Assembly (NCBI GenBank): GCA_964577935.1
Contig: CAZOAJ010000001.1
Coordinates: forward strand, 14,208 to 78,207
Length of the DNA: 64,000 nt
Reading direction: 5' to 3'
DNA from: an uncultured bacterium
GTDB taxonomy: Bacteria > Chlamydiota > Chlamydiia > Chlamydiales > FEN-1388
A program made the translations under genes and the position numbers. The notes beneath the pieces are model-generated. The model ran no database searches, was not told the DNA's origin, and saw nothing but the letters and a program-made list of their open reading frames with translations. Positions 45,421 through 55,210 of this stretch are shown piece after piece (position 1 is the stretch's first letter; every line of letters begins with the position of its first letter).

Positions 45421-48400
45421 CGGCTCGAGTACTGTTTGGGATACCATTTTCCCATATTATTTTCAGGGAGAAACCCTTAAGAAATCACTTTCCCCTGCAG
45501 ATATTTCCTACTGTGGGTCCGTCTATCAAGTTCTTTTTTCTCCAGAAGAGCGATCTAGGGCTCTAAGAGCTGATATGGAAGAATCTGAAGGCGATCGTCC
45601 ATGCGTCGTGCTTCAGCTCAAAGAAGAGAGAAATGAGGGACATGTTTCCTATCAGCCTAATGATCTCTTCTGCAGTTCATGTGATTCTTCAGGTCATTCG
45701 CTGTGTGTTCACGTGGCGGCGGCATGCAGTTTTATGTACGATTTTGGTTTGCTTCCTCCACATCTCTTTTTTGAGTATTCTCCTTGGAAGACCCTTTTCG
45801 AAGGACTTGCAGATCAGCACGGGTATGAAGATTTTCGAGTGCAGGTCAAAAATCAAGAGGCAGTTTCCGAGGTTTCAATATCGAAGGGAAAAAAATCGCC
45901 ATTCTTGACTTTTCGAGGAAAACAAAGCGTTGTACGACATATTCAAGAGATCTTTGAAAGACCTGAGGAGACAGAAGAGAATTCAATCAAGTTCTCAACA
46001 TTTGATGATGAAGAGCTGGACCGATATCGAAAAGGGAGGCCTTCGAGGAGAGTAAAATTTGCTCTTTCTAGGCTTTGTGATCTTGCGCAGTATCTATCGC
46101 TTTTGCATCAAATGGCTGATGGCAAGACCCTTTTTGAATGCAAAGACAAGGCTGGATCGTTTAAAATTTCGGATGATCTTGAGGGGTCTTTTGTTCATAA
46201 TACGGTTGAAGAGGGAGCAAAGCTCACTATTCTTCTACAGGATCATATTTATGCACTTCATGGAATCGATGAGTCTTCTGGATGGAAGTTTATTGTCGCC
46301 AATAAACGGGTCCTTTTACGCGATCAAGAAATACGAGACCGGGAAAAAATTGGCCAGCTTCTCGACCTTCTCAAAACAGATCTTCCTAAATCTTTAGGCG
46401 GTATCCGTATCGAATCGTCTCAACAGAGAGTGAACTTTAGTTTAGATATTTCTCGTGATTCGATTCGACTTATTCCTTATCGAGAAGTTTCGGGTGATTT
46501 AGATGACGTCCTGTGGGCTGGTAGATGGGTTCTCTCGAAGAAATTTGGTTTATTTCCTATCGGAATGATGCCATTTGCTCCGGCTTCGGTATTCAGAGGA
46601 AAAGAAGCTGCTCAATTCATCAAGCAAAATGCACATTTCTTGGCCACCATTCCTGGAGCAAAAGTTCATCACTGTGTCCAAGAAGAAAAAGTTTCCTACA
46701 AAGTTGAAGCGAGCGGTGCTTTACGTTTTACAGTTACAGAGAGCAGTGAAAGTTCTTCGTCTTCTGGTCCGCTTTATGAATTTGGATCCTACTGCTGGGT
46801 GCAAGGAAAAGGGTTTTATTTGAAGGCAGGGAGTGTTAAAACCAGCATATGGCCAAAGGTTCCTCTTCCTCCTTATCAGGTCTCTGACTTCATACGGAGT
46901 AATAAGGAGGCTTTAACAAACATTCCTGGATTTTTCTCCACATCCTCTCCTCTTCTTGAGGCTGGGTTAAAGGTTATATGTCGTGAAAATCCGCAAGGGA
47001 AATTGTCTCAGATTGCCATTGAACCCCGTTTTGTTTGGAAGGCAGGCATACATCCAGATGAAATCAAGATGTATGATGAGTACGCTTATTTGCCATTGAC
47101 TCCTTATAAGAAATCCGAAGAGGGCTTTTTTTCGATTCCTCATGCTCAAACGCTGTTCTCTCAGGAGAGGGTAATTGAATCAACGGATCTTGACGAGTGG
47201 GAGCACTTTTTAGACTCTGGGCTTCAGCAGCTGGCCAAAGAAATCAGTTGCGATATTGATTCAAAGCTTATTCCTCCTGAAAAATTAACTCTTCTTGCGA
47301 CCGATATCGAAGAAAGTTCTCTTGAAGAGCGCGATATGGCAGCTTTGTGGCAAATGAGCCTATGCTGGGAAAGTTCAAAAGGAAAAGTTTCTCTTGAAGA
47401 GGTTTTTGAAGCAAAGTCAAAAGGACATCGCTTTTTGCCTTCAAATGCGGGGCTTCTTGACCTATCTCAAGATCGGTTTGCTTGGGTCGATAGCAAAAAA
47501 AAGAAAAGAAAAAAGCAATCTGAAGCTGCAGTCTCAGATCGTCTAGAGCTATCCTCTCTTGATCTTATTCGTCTACAGGCTCATGACACGATTCGGTTTG
47601 AACAGGGGAGTGGTTCATATGCCCCTATACAGCTTATCGAGCGTCTTTTAGATATGAAGCCTCCAAGGGACCCTGATATGTCCCTTCTAAACTGCAATCT
47701 TCGATCCTATCAGCAATATGGGCTTCAGTGGTTGTGGTATCTTTATACCAATGGTCTTTCTGGCCTTTTATGCGATGATATGGGCGTCGGGAAAACCCAT
47801 CAGGCAATGGCTCTTCTTGCTGCGGTTAAGGCTGATGCAGCCAAGTTTCATCGAAAGCCTAAATTCCTGATTGTATGTCCTACGTCCCTTGTGTGGCATT
47901 GGAAGGAAAAACTTGGTCAGTATGTTCCATCTGCCGATGTTTTAGCCTATTTTGGAACAACACGCTCCGATTCTGCTCTCAAGGAATGTGAAGTGCTCCT
48001 GACTACCTATGGAATTTGGAGAAATGAACGCAAGGAATTGCAAAAGCTTTCGTTTGATGTCGCGATTTTCGATGAGCTACAGATTGCCAAGAACCACTCA
48101 AGTTTGATCTGGTCAGCTTTGTCAGATATCAAGGCGAGAATGCGTCTTGGACTCACTGGAACGCCTATTGAAAACCAGTTGAGAGAGCTGAAAGCTCTCT
48201 TCGATCTTATTCTTCCTGGGTATATGCCAGATGAATATCAGTTTCGAGAGCTTTTTATACGGCCAATCGAAAAAGGCTACATGGACACTCGTAAAGAGTT
48301 GCTTGGTCGCTATGTCCGTCCTTTTATCCTACGTCGAAGAAAGCAAGATGTTTTACAGGATCTGCCGCATAAGCTCGAAGAGATTCGTCATACAGAGCTT

Positions 48401-49114
48401 CTTGGCGATCAGAAGATGCTCTATCGATCCGTGGCAGCAACCCATAGTGCACAGCTTTTGAGCGCCTTAAAGGATTCATCTTCAGTTGTTCCTTATATGC
48501 ATATATTTGCGCTGCTTTCTTCACTCAAGCAGATATCGAATCATCCAGCGACCTACCTTAAGGATATCGATAGCTATGAGAAATATGAGTCTGGTAAGTG
48601 GAATGTCTTTGTTGAGCTTCTTGAAGAGGCGCAGGAGAGCGGTTTAAAAGTTGTTGTCTTTTCACAGTATCTTGCAATGCTCGATATTATGACTAAATAC
48701 CTTGATTCATTAGGAATTGGGTACGCACAGATTCGAGGGCAGACGAAACGCCGTGGGGCCGAAATTTCAAGATTTCAAAACGATCCTGAATGTAAGGTCT
48801 TTTTAGGATCACTTCAGGCAGCAGGTCTCGGTATTGATTTAACCGCAGGATCTATTGTCATCCACTATGACCGATGGTGGAATGCTGCACGTGAAAACCA
48901 GGCTACCGATCGAGTTCATAGAATTGGGCAAGAACGTGGTGTGCAGGTCTATAAACTTGTCACAATCAATAGTATTGAAGAACGTATCGACCAGATGATT
49001 GCTCGTAAGGCATCCCTTCTTGAAGATGTTGTCAGCTGGGATGATCATCAAATTGTTAAAAAGCTTTCACGATCGGAACTTATTGAGCTTCTTGAAGGGC
49101 TGCAGGAAAAATAA
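45413..49114 (+). CDS. SNF2-family helicase/translocase with N-terminal SWIM zinc finger
   Basis: SWIM: CSSCDSSGHSLCVHVAAA (CxxC...CxH). SNF2 motifs: LLCDDMGVGKTHQAMALL (I), AIFDELQIAKN (II, DExQ), LTGTPIENQLRELKALFDLI (III) and, in the helicase C domain, QATDRVHRIGQERGVQVYKLV (VI). The GTG start at 45413 overlaps the stop of the Hsp70-like gene by 8 nt (GTGAGTAG). Confidence 0.92.
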   Translation: MSSGSSTVWDTIFPYYFQGETLKKSLSPADISYCGSVYQVLFSPEERSRALRADMEESEGDRPCVVLQLKEERNEGHVSYQPNDLFCSSCDSSGHSLCVHVAAACSFMYDFGLLPPHLFFEYSPWKTLFEGLADQHGYEDFRVQVKNQEAVSEVSISKGKKSPFLTFRGKQSVVRHIQEIFERPEETEENSIKFSTFDDEELDRYRKGRPSRRVKFALSRLCDLAQYLSLLHQMADGKTLFECKDKAGSFKISDDLEGSFVHNTVEEGAKLTILLQDHIYALHGIDESSGWKFIVANKRVLLRDQEIRDREKIGQLLDLLKTDLPKSLGGIRIESSQQRVNFSLDISRDSIRLIPYREVSGDLDDVLWAGRWVLSKKFGLFPIGMMPFAPASVFRGKEAAQFIKQNAHFLATIPGAKVHHCVQEEKVSYKVEASGALRFTVTESSESSSSSGPLYEFGSYCWVQGKGFYLKAGSVKTSIWPKVPLPPYQVSDFIRSNKEALTNIPGFFSTSSPLLEAGLKVICRENPQGKLSQIAIEPRFVWKAGIHPDEIKMYDEYAYLPLTPYKKSEEGFFSIPHAQTLFSQERVIESTDLDEWEHFLDSGLQQLAKEISCDIDSKLIPPEKLTLLATDIEESSLEERDMAALWQMSLCWESSKGKVSLEEVFEAKSKGHRFLPSNAGLLDLSQDRFAWVDSKKKKRKKQSEAAVSDRLELSSLDLIRLQAHDTIRFEQGSGSYAPIQLIERLLDMKPPRDPDMSLLNCNLRSYQQYGLQWLWYLYTNGLSGLLCDDMGVGKTHQAMALLAAVKADAAKFHRKPKFLIVCPTSLVWHWKEKLGQYVPSADVLAYFGTTRSDSALKECEVLLTTYGIWRNERKELQKLSFDVAIFDELQIAKNHSSLIWSALSDIKARMRLGLTGTPIENQLRELKALFDLILPGYMPDEYQFRELFIRPIEKGYMDTRKELLGRYVRPFILRRRKQDVLQDLPHKLEEIRHTELLGDQKMLYRSVAATHSAQLLSALKDSSSVVPYMHIFALLSSLKQISNHPATYLKDIDSYEKYESGKWNVFVELLEEAQESGLKVVVFSQYLAMLDIMTKYLDSLGIGYAQIRGQTKRRGAEISRFQNDPECKVFLGSLQAAGLGIDLTAGSIVIHYDRWWNAARENQATDRVHRIGQERGVQVYKLVTINSIEERIDQMIARKASLLEDVVSWDDHQIVKKLSRSELIELLEGLQEK

Positions 49115-49132
49115 AGATAAAGCCCATTCCTG

Positions 49133-49170
49133 AAGACAGTTTCAGTGATATATTTTGATGAAACTGTCTT
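49133..49170. terminator. bidirectional stem-loop between convergent SNF2 gene and 771-aa gene
   Basis: AAGACAGTTTCA (49133-49144) pairs perfectly with TGAAACTGTCTT (49159-49170) across a 14-nt loop. The right arm overlaps the TAA stop (49169-49171) of the minus-strand gene. Confidence 0.7.
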
Positions 49171-51484
49171 ATGGATACGCTGATTTTTGAGCCCGAGGGA
49201 GTTCTGATTGAACGAGGTCCATTAGTGAGTTATGAGACTGATCTGGCTTCTTCTTGACACGCTGGATAGCTCCATTATTATAGCACAATGTGATGCCATG
49301 ACCACCTGAAGGCGATACTATTTCAACGGTTTTAAAGTCAGCAGTCTCTCCTGCTGCAGCAACTTTTCTGCCAAGGTTTTCTTGAGCATCATATACAAAC
49401 TTAGCTTCATTTTTAATTTTTTTATCGAGAGTAGCTAACTGGGTATTTAATTTTTCAATATTTGCATTGATAGTGTTTATCTCATTTCTAGTTTCGAGAT
49501 AAGACTTATTTTCATTGGAGTTGGGAGCTGGGAGCTCAAGAATCCTTCTGCTGAGCGCTTCTTTTCTCATTCGCGATTCTTCAAACTTTATTTTCATTTC
49601 ATCATATTTTTGCTCGGTTTGTTTAATTTTCGCATCCAAAGTACCAAGCCGTTTTTTTTCTTCCTCGAGGAATTTTTTGGTTTCAAGAAGCTGTCTATAC
49701 ACCATGAAAGGCTGGTCATAGTGAGCCTTTGCATTATCTGTAAGATCATCTCTTAGACTCATACCGTCCTCGGTGAGAACTGAAGTTAGCTTCTGTCGGA
49801 GTATGTTGATATCAGTTTCGAGGGGGTTAGGAAGGGTGTTATATTCAGTTGCCTGTTCTTCTAGTTGCTGCTTATTTTTTTGAATCTCTTGCTCTAGTGT
49901 TTCAATTAGGGTTGAATTCTTGTGTAAGTCACTAATCTCCTTCTCTAGTGATTCAGTCAGATCAGCCCTTTCTTGTAGCTTTTTATAACCCGGAACATTC
50001 TGAAGCGTTTGAAGTTTTTTTTGTTGCTCTGCAAGTTGTATTAGTTTGTTCTTTTTATCTGTGGTATATTCCTTCATATTCTTCGCATATTGGGTATTTT
50101 TTCTCTTCCCGCCCATGATGTTGTCTTGCACACCTGTTATGACAATGATTTTTGTGCTCTCCATGCCGGAAGCATCCTTCCAGCCGGCAATTTTATTTAC
50201 CGTATTTAAGCCGTCACATCCTGGAGATTCGAGGGCTTCCATTTCTGCATAGTTTTCGATAGCCCCTTTTGCGATGGCCGAAACAATTTGGCCGCAAGAT
50301 CCATATCCAAATGCATTGTTTTGCACAAAGTGCTGAGCAGCGCTGCCAGCATCAGAAAATGGAACTTTCAGAAGAGCAAAATCGACTGTAAAGTTTACCT
50401 CTTTTTGGTTCATAGCAATTGCTTGTTGAATAAAATGACCTGCCACGCCTGTTCCAAGAGAGTTTCCAAATACCCCGATCTGGTTAACTCCAAATTGCTT
50501 GAACTGGTTTAAGATGCCCTTTGTGGCTGCGATAATTTTTGTTTCAGAACATTCTGTTGTGTTTTGTGTATCTTTGTTTTTAGGTAGTGCGCGTTTGTTT
50601 TTATCTTTGGCAATATCTGCTTTCATTATGTAGTCGCCTGGATAGGAACAAAGGGCCACGTTGTACCCCTTCTGGGTAAAATGGAGTAGGTCAGTTCCTA
50701 TGCTAAAACGGGTTTCAGCATTTCCATGAAAGTAAAAAACTGTAGGAGAGTCTTGCGTGTTACCTTGAGGTATTAATAACGTTGTTTCAAGCTCAAGTCC
50801 TCCCTCTATAGGATATCGAAGATGTGCAATCGTTGTTCCTTTGGAATGTGTTTCGATAATTTGTTCTAACTCGGTAATTTCGTCACTATAATGCTCTCCA
50901 TCTATTGTGCATCCTGCAGGGTTCAGCTGGTTACGCAGCGCATCTTGATAAATAAATGATCGTCCATCGGCTCCGATCGATCGTAGAAAATTCGTGACCA
51001 GATCATTTTTTAAGAAATTTTTTAGAGAGCCTGTTCTCCTGTAGCAATCGGCAAGGTTCAGTCCGAACCCAGGAATCATGGATAAAAGGCTGACCTGTGT
51101 CTGAAAGGCAAGGTATTTTTCCCAGGACATCGATTTCTTTTCAGCTGAGAAGTCTCTTTTGATTTCAGAAGAAATCTTTGTTGTTGTACCCGGAGTAATG
51201 GCTTGGGCTGCAGGATTCTGATTTGCTTCGGAGGTTTTACAGGATAGCGGTGCAATCCTATTAGCTATCCATACAAGTGCTGCTGGGACTGCAAATGCAA
51301 TTGCAGAGGCAGCTCCTAATGGCATGGCAAGAGGGGTTGCCAGTGTGCTAATAACTCCTGTTGATACCAATCGTGTTATGTCCCGAATGGTTCTGCCTGA
51401 ATATTTTGAAGGTGAAGTTTGATCTGCTTGAGATGAAATTCCGGCCGCAGTTTGGATGCTTTTGCCTATTTCTGATGCAGACAT
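49169..51484 (-). CDS. Inc-like membrane protein with alpha/beta-hydrolase (GxSxG) domain and long coiled coil
   Basis: The N-terminus has a bilobed hydrophobic stretch, LVSTGVISTLATPLAMPLGAASAIAFAVPAALVWIANRIAPL (about aa 38-80). The hydrolase core has VFYFHGNAETRF and the nucleophile elbow IGVFGNSLGTGVAGHF. From about aa 470 to 700 the sequence is heptad-rich and K/E/Q/L-rich. A GGAGG Shine-Dalgarno lies 8 nt before ATG 51484. Confidence 0.75.
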   Translation of the reverse strand: MSASEIGKSIQTAAGISSQADQTSPSKYSGRTIRDITRLVSTGVISTLATPLAMPLGAASAIAFAVPAALVWIANRIAPLSCKTSEANQNPAAQAITPGTTTKISSEIKRDFSAEKKSMSWEKYLAFQTQVSLLSMIPGFGLNLADCYRRTGSLKNFLKNDLVTNFLRSIGADGRSFIYQDALRNQLNPAGCTIDGEHYSDEITELEQIIETHSKGTTIAHLRYPIEGGLELETTLLIPQGNTQDSPTVFYFHGNAETRFSIGTDLLHFTQKGYNVALCSYPGDYIMKADIAKDKNKRALPKNKDTQNTTECSETKIIAATKGILNQFKQFGVNQIGVFGNSLGTGVAGHFIQQAIAMNQKEVNFTVDFALLKVPFSDAGSAAQHFVQNNAFGYGSCGQIVSAIAKGAIENYAEMEALESPGCDGLNTVNKIAGWKDASGMESTKIIVITGVQDNIMGGKRKNTQYAKNMKEYTTDKKNKLIQLAEQQKKLQTLQNVPGYKKLQERADLTESLEKEISDLHKNSTLIETLEQEIQKNKQQLEEQATEYNTLPNPLETDINILRQKLTSVLTEDGMSLRDDLTDNAKAHYDQPFMVYRQLLETKKFLEEEKKRLGTLDAKIKQTEQKYDEMKIKFEESRMRKEALSRRILELPAPNSNENKSYLETRNEINTINANIEKLNTQLATLDKKIKNEAKFVYDAQENLGRKVAAAGETADFKTVEIVSPSGGHGITLCYNNGAIQRVKKKPDQSHNSLMDLVQSELPRAQKSAYP

Positions 51485-51601
51485 CTGCTGCCTCCAGTTG
51501 TTTCCTTAATTATAACCGTGAAAGTGGGTATTTGGTAATAATTTATTTGAAACTCTGGAGGCGTTTGGAAAGAAGGAGAAGGAATTTAACTTCTACGCCC
51601 G

Positions 51602-53104
51602 TTACTCATCCAAATCCAAAAAGGTAATTTCTTCATTTTCATCTTCAATAGAGTCTTTTTCATGGTGAGCTAAAGCGTCAGAGTGTGCTCTGAGCGATTT
51701 CAAGTCACGATCGAGTAAAGCTTTATCTTGTTGGTCAGCTTCGCTTGAAAGCGAGGGCTCTTTTTTCTTCTTGGTTGGCTGTTCTGCCTTAGTCTCTTTT
51801 CCTCGTACGTGGAAAACAAGTGGGACCCCATTAAAATGAAAGGTCTCGCGGAGTTTATTGACGAGGTAGCGCTTGTAGCTTTCTTCAAGAAGTTTAGGGG
51901 CATTTACAAATAGGACGAAGCGGGGAGGGTTGATACCTATTTGAGCTAAATAGTAAATGCGTAGACGTCTTCCTCCAATAACCGGAGGATGGTAGGTCTG
52001 AAGCCATTTAATAGTCGCTTTATTGAGTTGATGGGTTGTAATCCGCAAAGAGGATACTTTGAGAACTTCATCGACATGTTCAAAAACTTCCTTCAGGTTG
52101 CGGCCTGTCATCGCAGAGGTGCAAATCTTGGGGCAGTGTTTGACAAAGGTGTTTTCAAGATCAATTCCTTGGAGAGCATGCTCCATTCTGAAGCCTTTGA
52201 CTAAATCCCACTTATTCAACGCGATAACACAGCCTTTTCCTGCCTCTTCGATCTGGGACAGAATTTTTTTGTCTTCAGTCGTGAGTCCCTGTTGGCAGTC
52301 AAGAAGCAGAACGCAAATGTCGGCACGTTCAATCGCAGTTTGCGTTCTCATAGAAGCAAATTTTTCAACGACCTCTTTTTCTTTATGCTTCCTTCGAATC
52401 CCGGCGGTATCAATAAGGATATATTGCTTTCCGTCAAGTTCAATAGGAGTGTCGATTGAATCCCGCGTTGTTCCTGCGATAGGACTTACAATGCATCGAT
52501 CTTCGCCAAGGAGCGTGTTAATAAAGAGCGATTTACCTACATTTGGCCGCCCAACAATAGCCACTTTTGGAGGACTTTGAATTTCATTTGCATCAAAGAG
52601 TTCTGAGGGGAGTGGATTGAGAGCCGTTTCAATGAGCTCTGCCATTTGATACCGTTGAATCGCAGAAACTGCAATCATATTGGGGATACCTAATGAAGCA
52701 AAGAGATGAACTGCGCCGCGTCGTTCTTCATTATCAATCTTATTAACAGCAAGGCAGACAGGTTTTTTTGTTCGTCTAAGAACTTTGGCGACCTCTAAGT
52801 CAAGGGGGGTAATTCCAGCAGTGGCATCGACAACCTGGATAATACTGTCTGCTTCTTCAATAGCAATGAGCGCTTGACGTGTTACTTCTTCGGAAAAAAG
52901 ATTTGTTCCCTTAGCGGCAATGCCGCCGGTGTCAATCACATCAAACTGTTTGCCAAAGAGTTCACTTGTGGCATACAGCCTATCTCGTGTAACACCCTCT
53001 GCTTCATCAACAATTGAGATGCGTTTGCCAACGATTGCGTTGAAAAGAGCTGATTTTCCCACATTAGGACGGCCAACTAAGGCGATAAGAGCACGTCTAC
53101 TCAT
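51602..53104 (-). CDS. der: ribosome-biogenesis GTPase Der (EngA) with acidic C-terminal tail
   Basis: Two tandem GTPase domains are present (GRPNVGKSALFN ... DTGG ... NKID, and GRPNVGKSLFIN ... DTAG ... NKWD), plus the KH-like C-terminal domain (PPRFVLFVNAPKLLEESYKRYLVNKLRE). About 65 extra K/E/D-rich residues follow. Confidence 0.95.
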   Translation of the reverse strand: MSRRALIALVGRPNVGKSALFNAIVGKRISIVDEAEGVTRDRLYATSELFGKQFDVIDTGGIAAKGTNLFSEEVTRQALIAIEEADSIIQVVDATAGITPLDLEVAKVLRRTKKPVCLAVNKIDNEERRGAVHLFASLGIPNMIAVSAIQRYQMAELIETALNPLPSELFDANEIQSPPKVAIVGRPNVGKSLFINTLLGEDRCIVSPIAGTTRDSIDTPIELDGKQYILIDTAGIRRKHKEKEVVEKFASMRTQTAIERADICVLLLDCQQGLTTEDKKILSQIEEAGKGCVIALNKWDLVKGFRMEHALQGIDLENTFVKHCPKICTSAMTGRNLKEVFEHVDEVLKVSSLRITTHQLNKATIKWLQTYHPPVIGGRRLRIYYLAQIGINPPRFVLFVNAPKLLEESYKRYLVNKLRETFHFNGVPLVFHVRGKETKAEQPTKKKKEPSLSSEADQQDKALLDRDLKSLRAHSDALAHHEKDSIEDENEEITFLDLDE

Positions 53105-53344
53105 AGTATCTCGACTAAAAAAAGAAAAACTATATCACTTTGGATCTAATTATTCCCGAATTTATCATTTTGGGAACTTAATATCTCGGACTATGAGAGA
53201 GATCTGGTCCCATTTACGTATATTTTACGGAAATAAGCAGCTTTCAAATCATAAAATAGAATAAGCAGGTGATGAGGTTGGTGGCAAAAAGTCTTCCTTC
53301 AGACTATAGTTAGCAGACAAAATACCCTAAATAGATGTGCTGAG

Positions 53345-55210
53345 ATGATTCGAAACCTTGACGAAATATCGCTTAATCCTTTCATACGCGATTTTCGGGC
53401 ATATTCATGGGGTTTTTTACGTAAAGATATTGTTTCAGGTATAGCTGTAGCTCTTTTATCTCTTCCTCAAGGTATTGCGTACTCGATTGTTGCAGGACTT
53501 CCCCCCTCTGCGGGTATTTTTGCGACTATTTTTGGAACAATCATAGCAGCAATATTGGGTTCATCAAGGCTTTTGATTATTGGTCCAAACAATGCTTCTG
53601 TTTTGCTTTTACAGACAGCAACAGCAGATATCCTCTATCGGTACTATCCCTATCTTGACGATGCCGATCGCATGCTTGTCTCGTTTGAGGTTATGGCTGC
53701 GCTCACTCTGCTCATAGGCCTTGCGCAAATTGCAGCTGCCTTTTTTAAACTTGGGCGTGTGGTTCAGTTTGTCAGCTTATCGGTTGTTGTCGGATACATT
53801 GCAGGATCCGCCTTTGCTATAGGTGTTGATCAGCTCTACACAATAACTGGGATATCTCCTTCAATAGACCCTCATTCCCTCTATGAAAAAATAAGTTATT
53901 TCATCACCAATATCAACAGGGTTCATTGGATCACTCTCGGGGTCTCTTTAGCGAGTATTTTCTGCCTGAAGTTTTTGAAGCAGTTTAAGATGAATATACC
54001 TGTTTCGCTCCTCATGGTTGTCATCGTTACAATTCTTTCAACAAGCTTTAATCTATCTTCAATCGAGGATAGTAGAGGACGATCCCTCCAGTTGATAGGT
54101 GAAAGTGAGCTTGGAGATGATTATATCACGGCTCAGCCGCCCCTATTTGAACTGAGATTGTTGAGTACACTCGTTCCAATCGCTTTTGCAATCGCCTTTA
54201 TAGGGATGCTTGAAACACATTCAATTGCTAAATCATTGGCTGCAAATACAGGGCAGCATGTGCACACAAGCCAGGAGTTATTTGCATTAGGCTGTTCAAA
54301 TTTCTTCATGTCTTTCTTTGGGGCGCTTCCTTGTTCTGGAAGTATTTCAAGAAGCGCGCTGAATTATGAATCAGGTGCTAAAACGCGCTTTGCTGCTATT
54401 TTTTCTGGTATATTTGTCTGGCTTATGGCGTGGTTTTTTTGGCCACTTATGCAATATGTTCCTTTAGCAGCTCTTGGATCGCTTCTTCTGATGACATGTA
54501 TGCGAATGGTTGATATGAAGCAGTTACAGCTTTGTTTAAGAACCACACGATCCGATGGGCTTGTTCTTGTAGTCACCTTCTTTTCCTGTATTTTCTTGAG
54601 TCTGCAAGTGGCATTTTACATTGGCATTATGCTTTCAATTATTCTCTATTTACGAAAAGCTGCAACCCCTCGCGTTGTCGAATATCTTTATGATCCGGTC
54701 TCTTTTGAGCTTAAGCCTTTGAATGCCGAAGATCGCCATGATCCACGGCCTATTCGAATTATCAATGTGGAAGGAGAGCTTTTTTTTGGAGCTGTAGACC
54801 TCTTCCAGTTTGCTCTCCGCGAAATTGCGGAGGACGATTCCTCAACGAAGGTTATTATCCTGCGCCTCAAGCACGTCCGTGATTTGGATGCGAGTGCTGC
54901 TTTAGCCTTAAAACAGCTCCACGATTATTTGAGAAAATATGATCGGTATCTTATCGTGGCAAGCTTTCCTGTCCACGTTTATGAAGTGCTTGAAAGTTCC
55001 GGGTTAATACGCATTATCGGGAAAGATAATTTGATTCCGATAGATGAAGAGTCTCCTTATGTCTCTGTAGAAAAGGCTTTAGCACGAGCTCAAGTAATTA
55101 TGAAGGCTGAAAAAGCTCATACATCTACGGGAGATATTCTGGAAGATGACATTGCTCCTCTGGTTCTGGAATCGGGTCATACTTCAACGTTGTCCCAGAA
55201 CCCAGAGTAA
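53345..55210 (+). CDS. SulP-family anion (sulfate/bicarbonate) permease with C-terminal STAS domain
   Basis: RKDIVSGIAVALLSLPQGIAYSIVAGLPPSAGIF is the SulP signature region. There are multiple TM segments, and the STAS domain includes IINVEGELFFGAVDLF and ILRLKHVRDLDASAALAL. Confidence 0.92.
   Translation: MIRNLDEISLNPFIRDFRAYSWGFLRKDIVSGIAVALLSLPQGIAYSIVAGLPPSAGIFATIFGTIIAAILGSSRLLIIGPNNASVLLLQTATADILYRYYPYLDDADRMLVSFEVMAALTLLIGLAQIAAAFFKLGRVVQFVSLSVVVGYIAGSAFAIGVDQLYTITGISPSIDPHSLYEKISYFITNINRVHWITLGVSLASIFCLKFLKQFKMNIPVSLLMVVIVTILSTSFNLSSIEDSRGRSLQLIGESELGDDYITAQPPLFELRLLSTLVPIAFAIAFIGMLETHSIAKSLAANTGQHVHTSQELFALGCSNFFMSFFGALPCSGSISRSALNYESGAKTRFAAIFSGIFVWLMAWFFWPLMQYVPLAALGSLLLMTCMRMVDMKQLQLCLRTTRSDGLVLVVTFFSCIFLSLQVAFYIGIMLSIILYLRKAATPRVVEYLYDPVSFELKPLNAEDRHDPRPIRIINVEGELFFGAVDLFQFALREIAEDDSSTKVIILRLKHVRDLDASAALALKQLHDYLRKYDRYLIVASFPVHVYEVLESSGLIRIIGKDNLIPIDEESPYVSVEKALARAQVIMKAEKAHTSTGDILEDDIAPLVLESGHTSTLSQNPE

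Noticed and set aside
52059-52580. 173-aa plus-strand ORF antisense to der (and the neighbouring ORFs at 51989-52204 and 52920-53264)
   Set aside because: Der is unambiguous on the minus strand. These ORFs have no motifs and carry the composition bias of an antisense frame.
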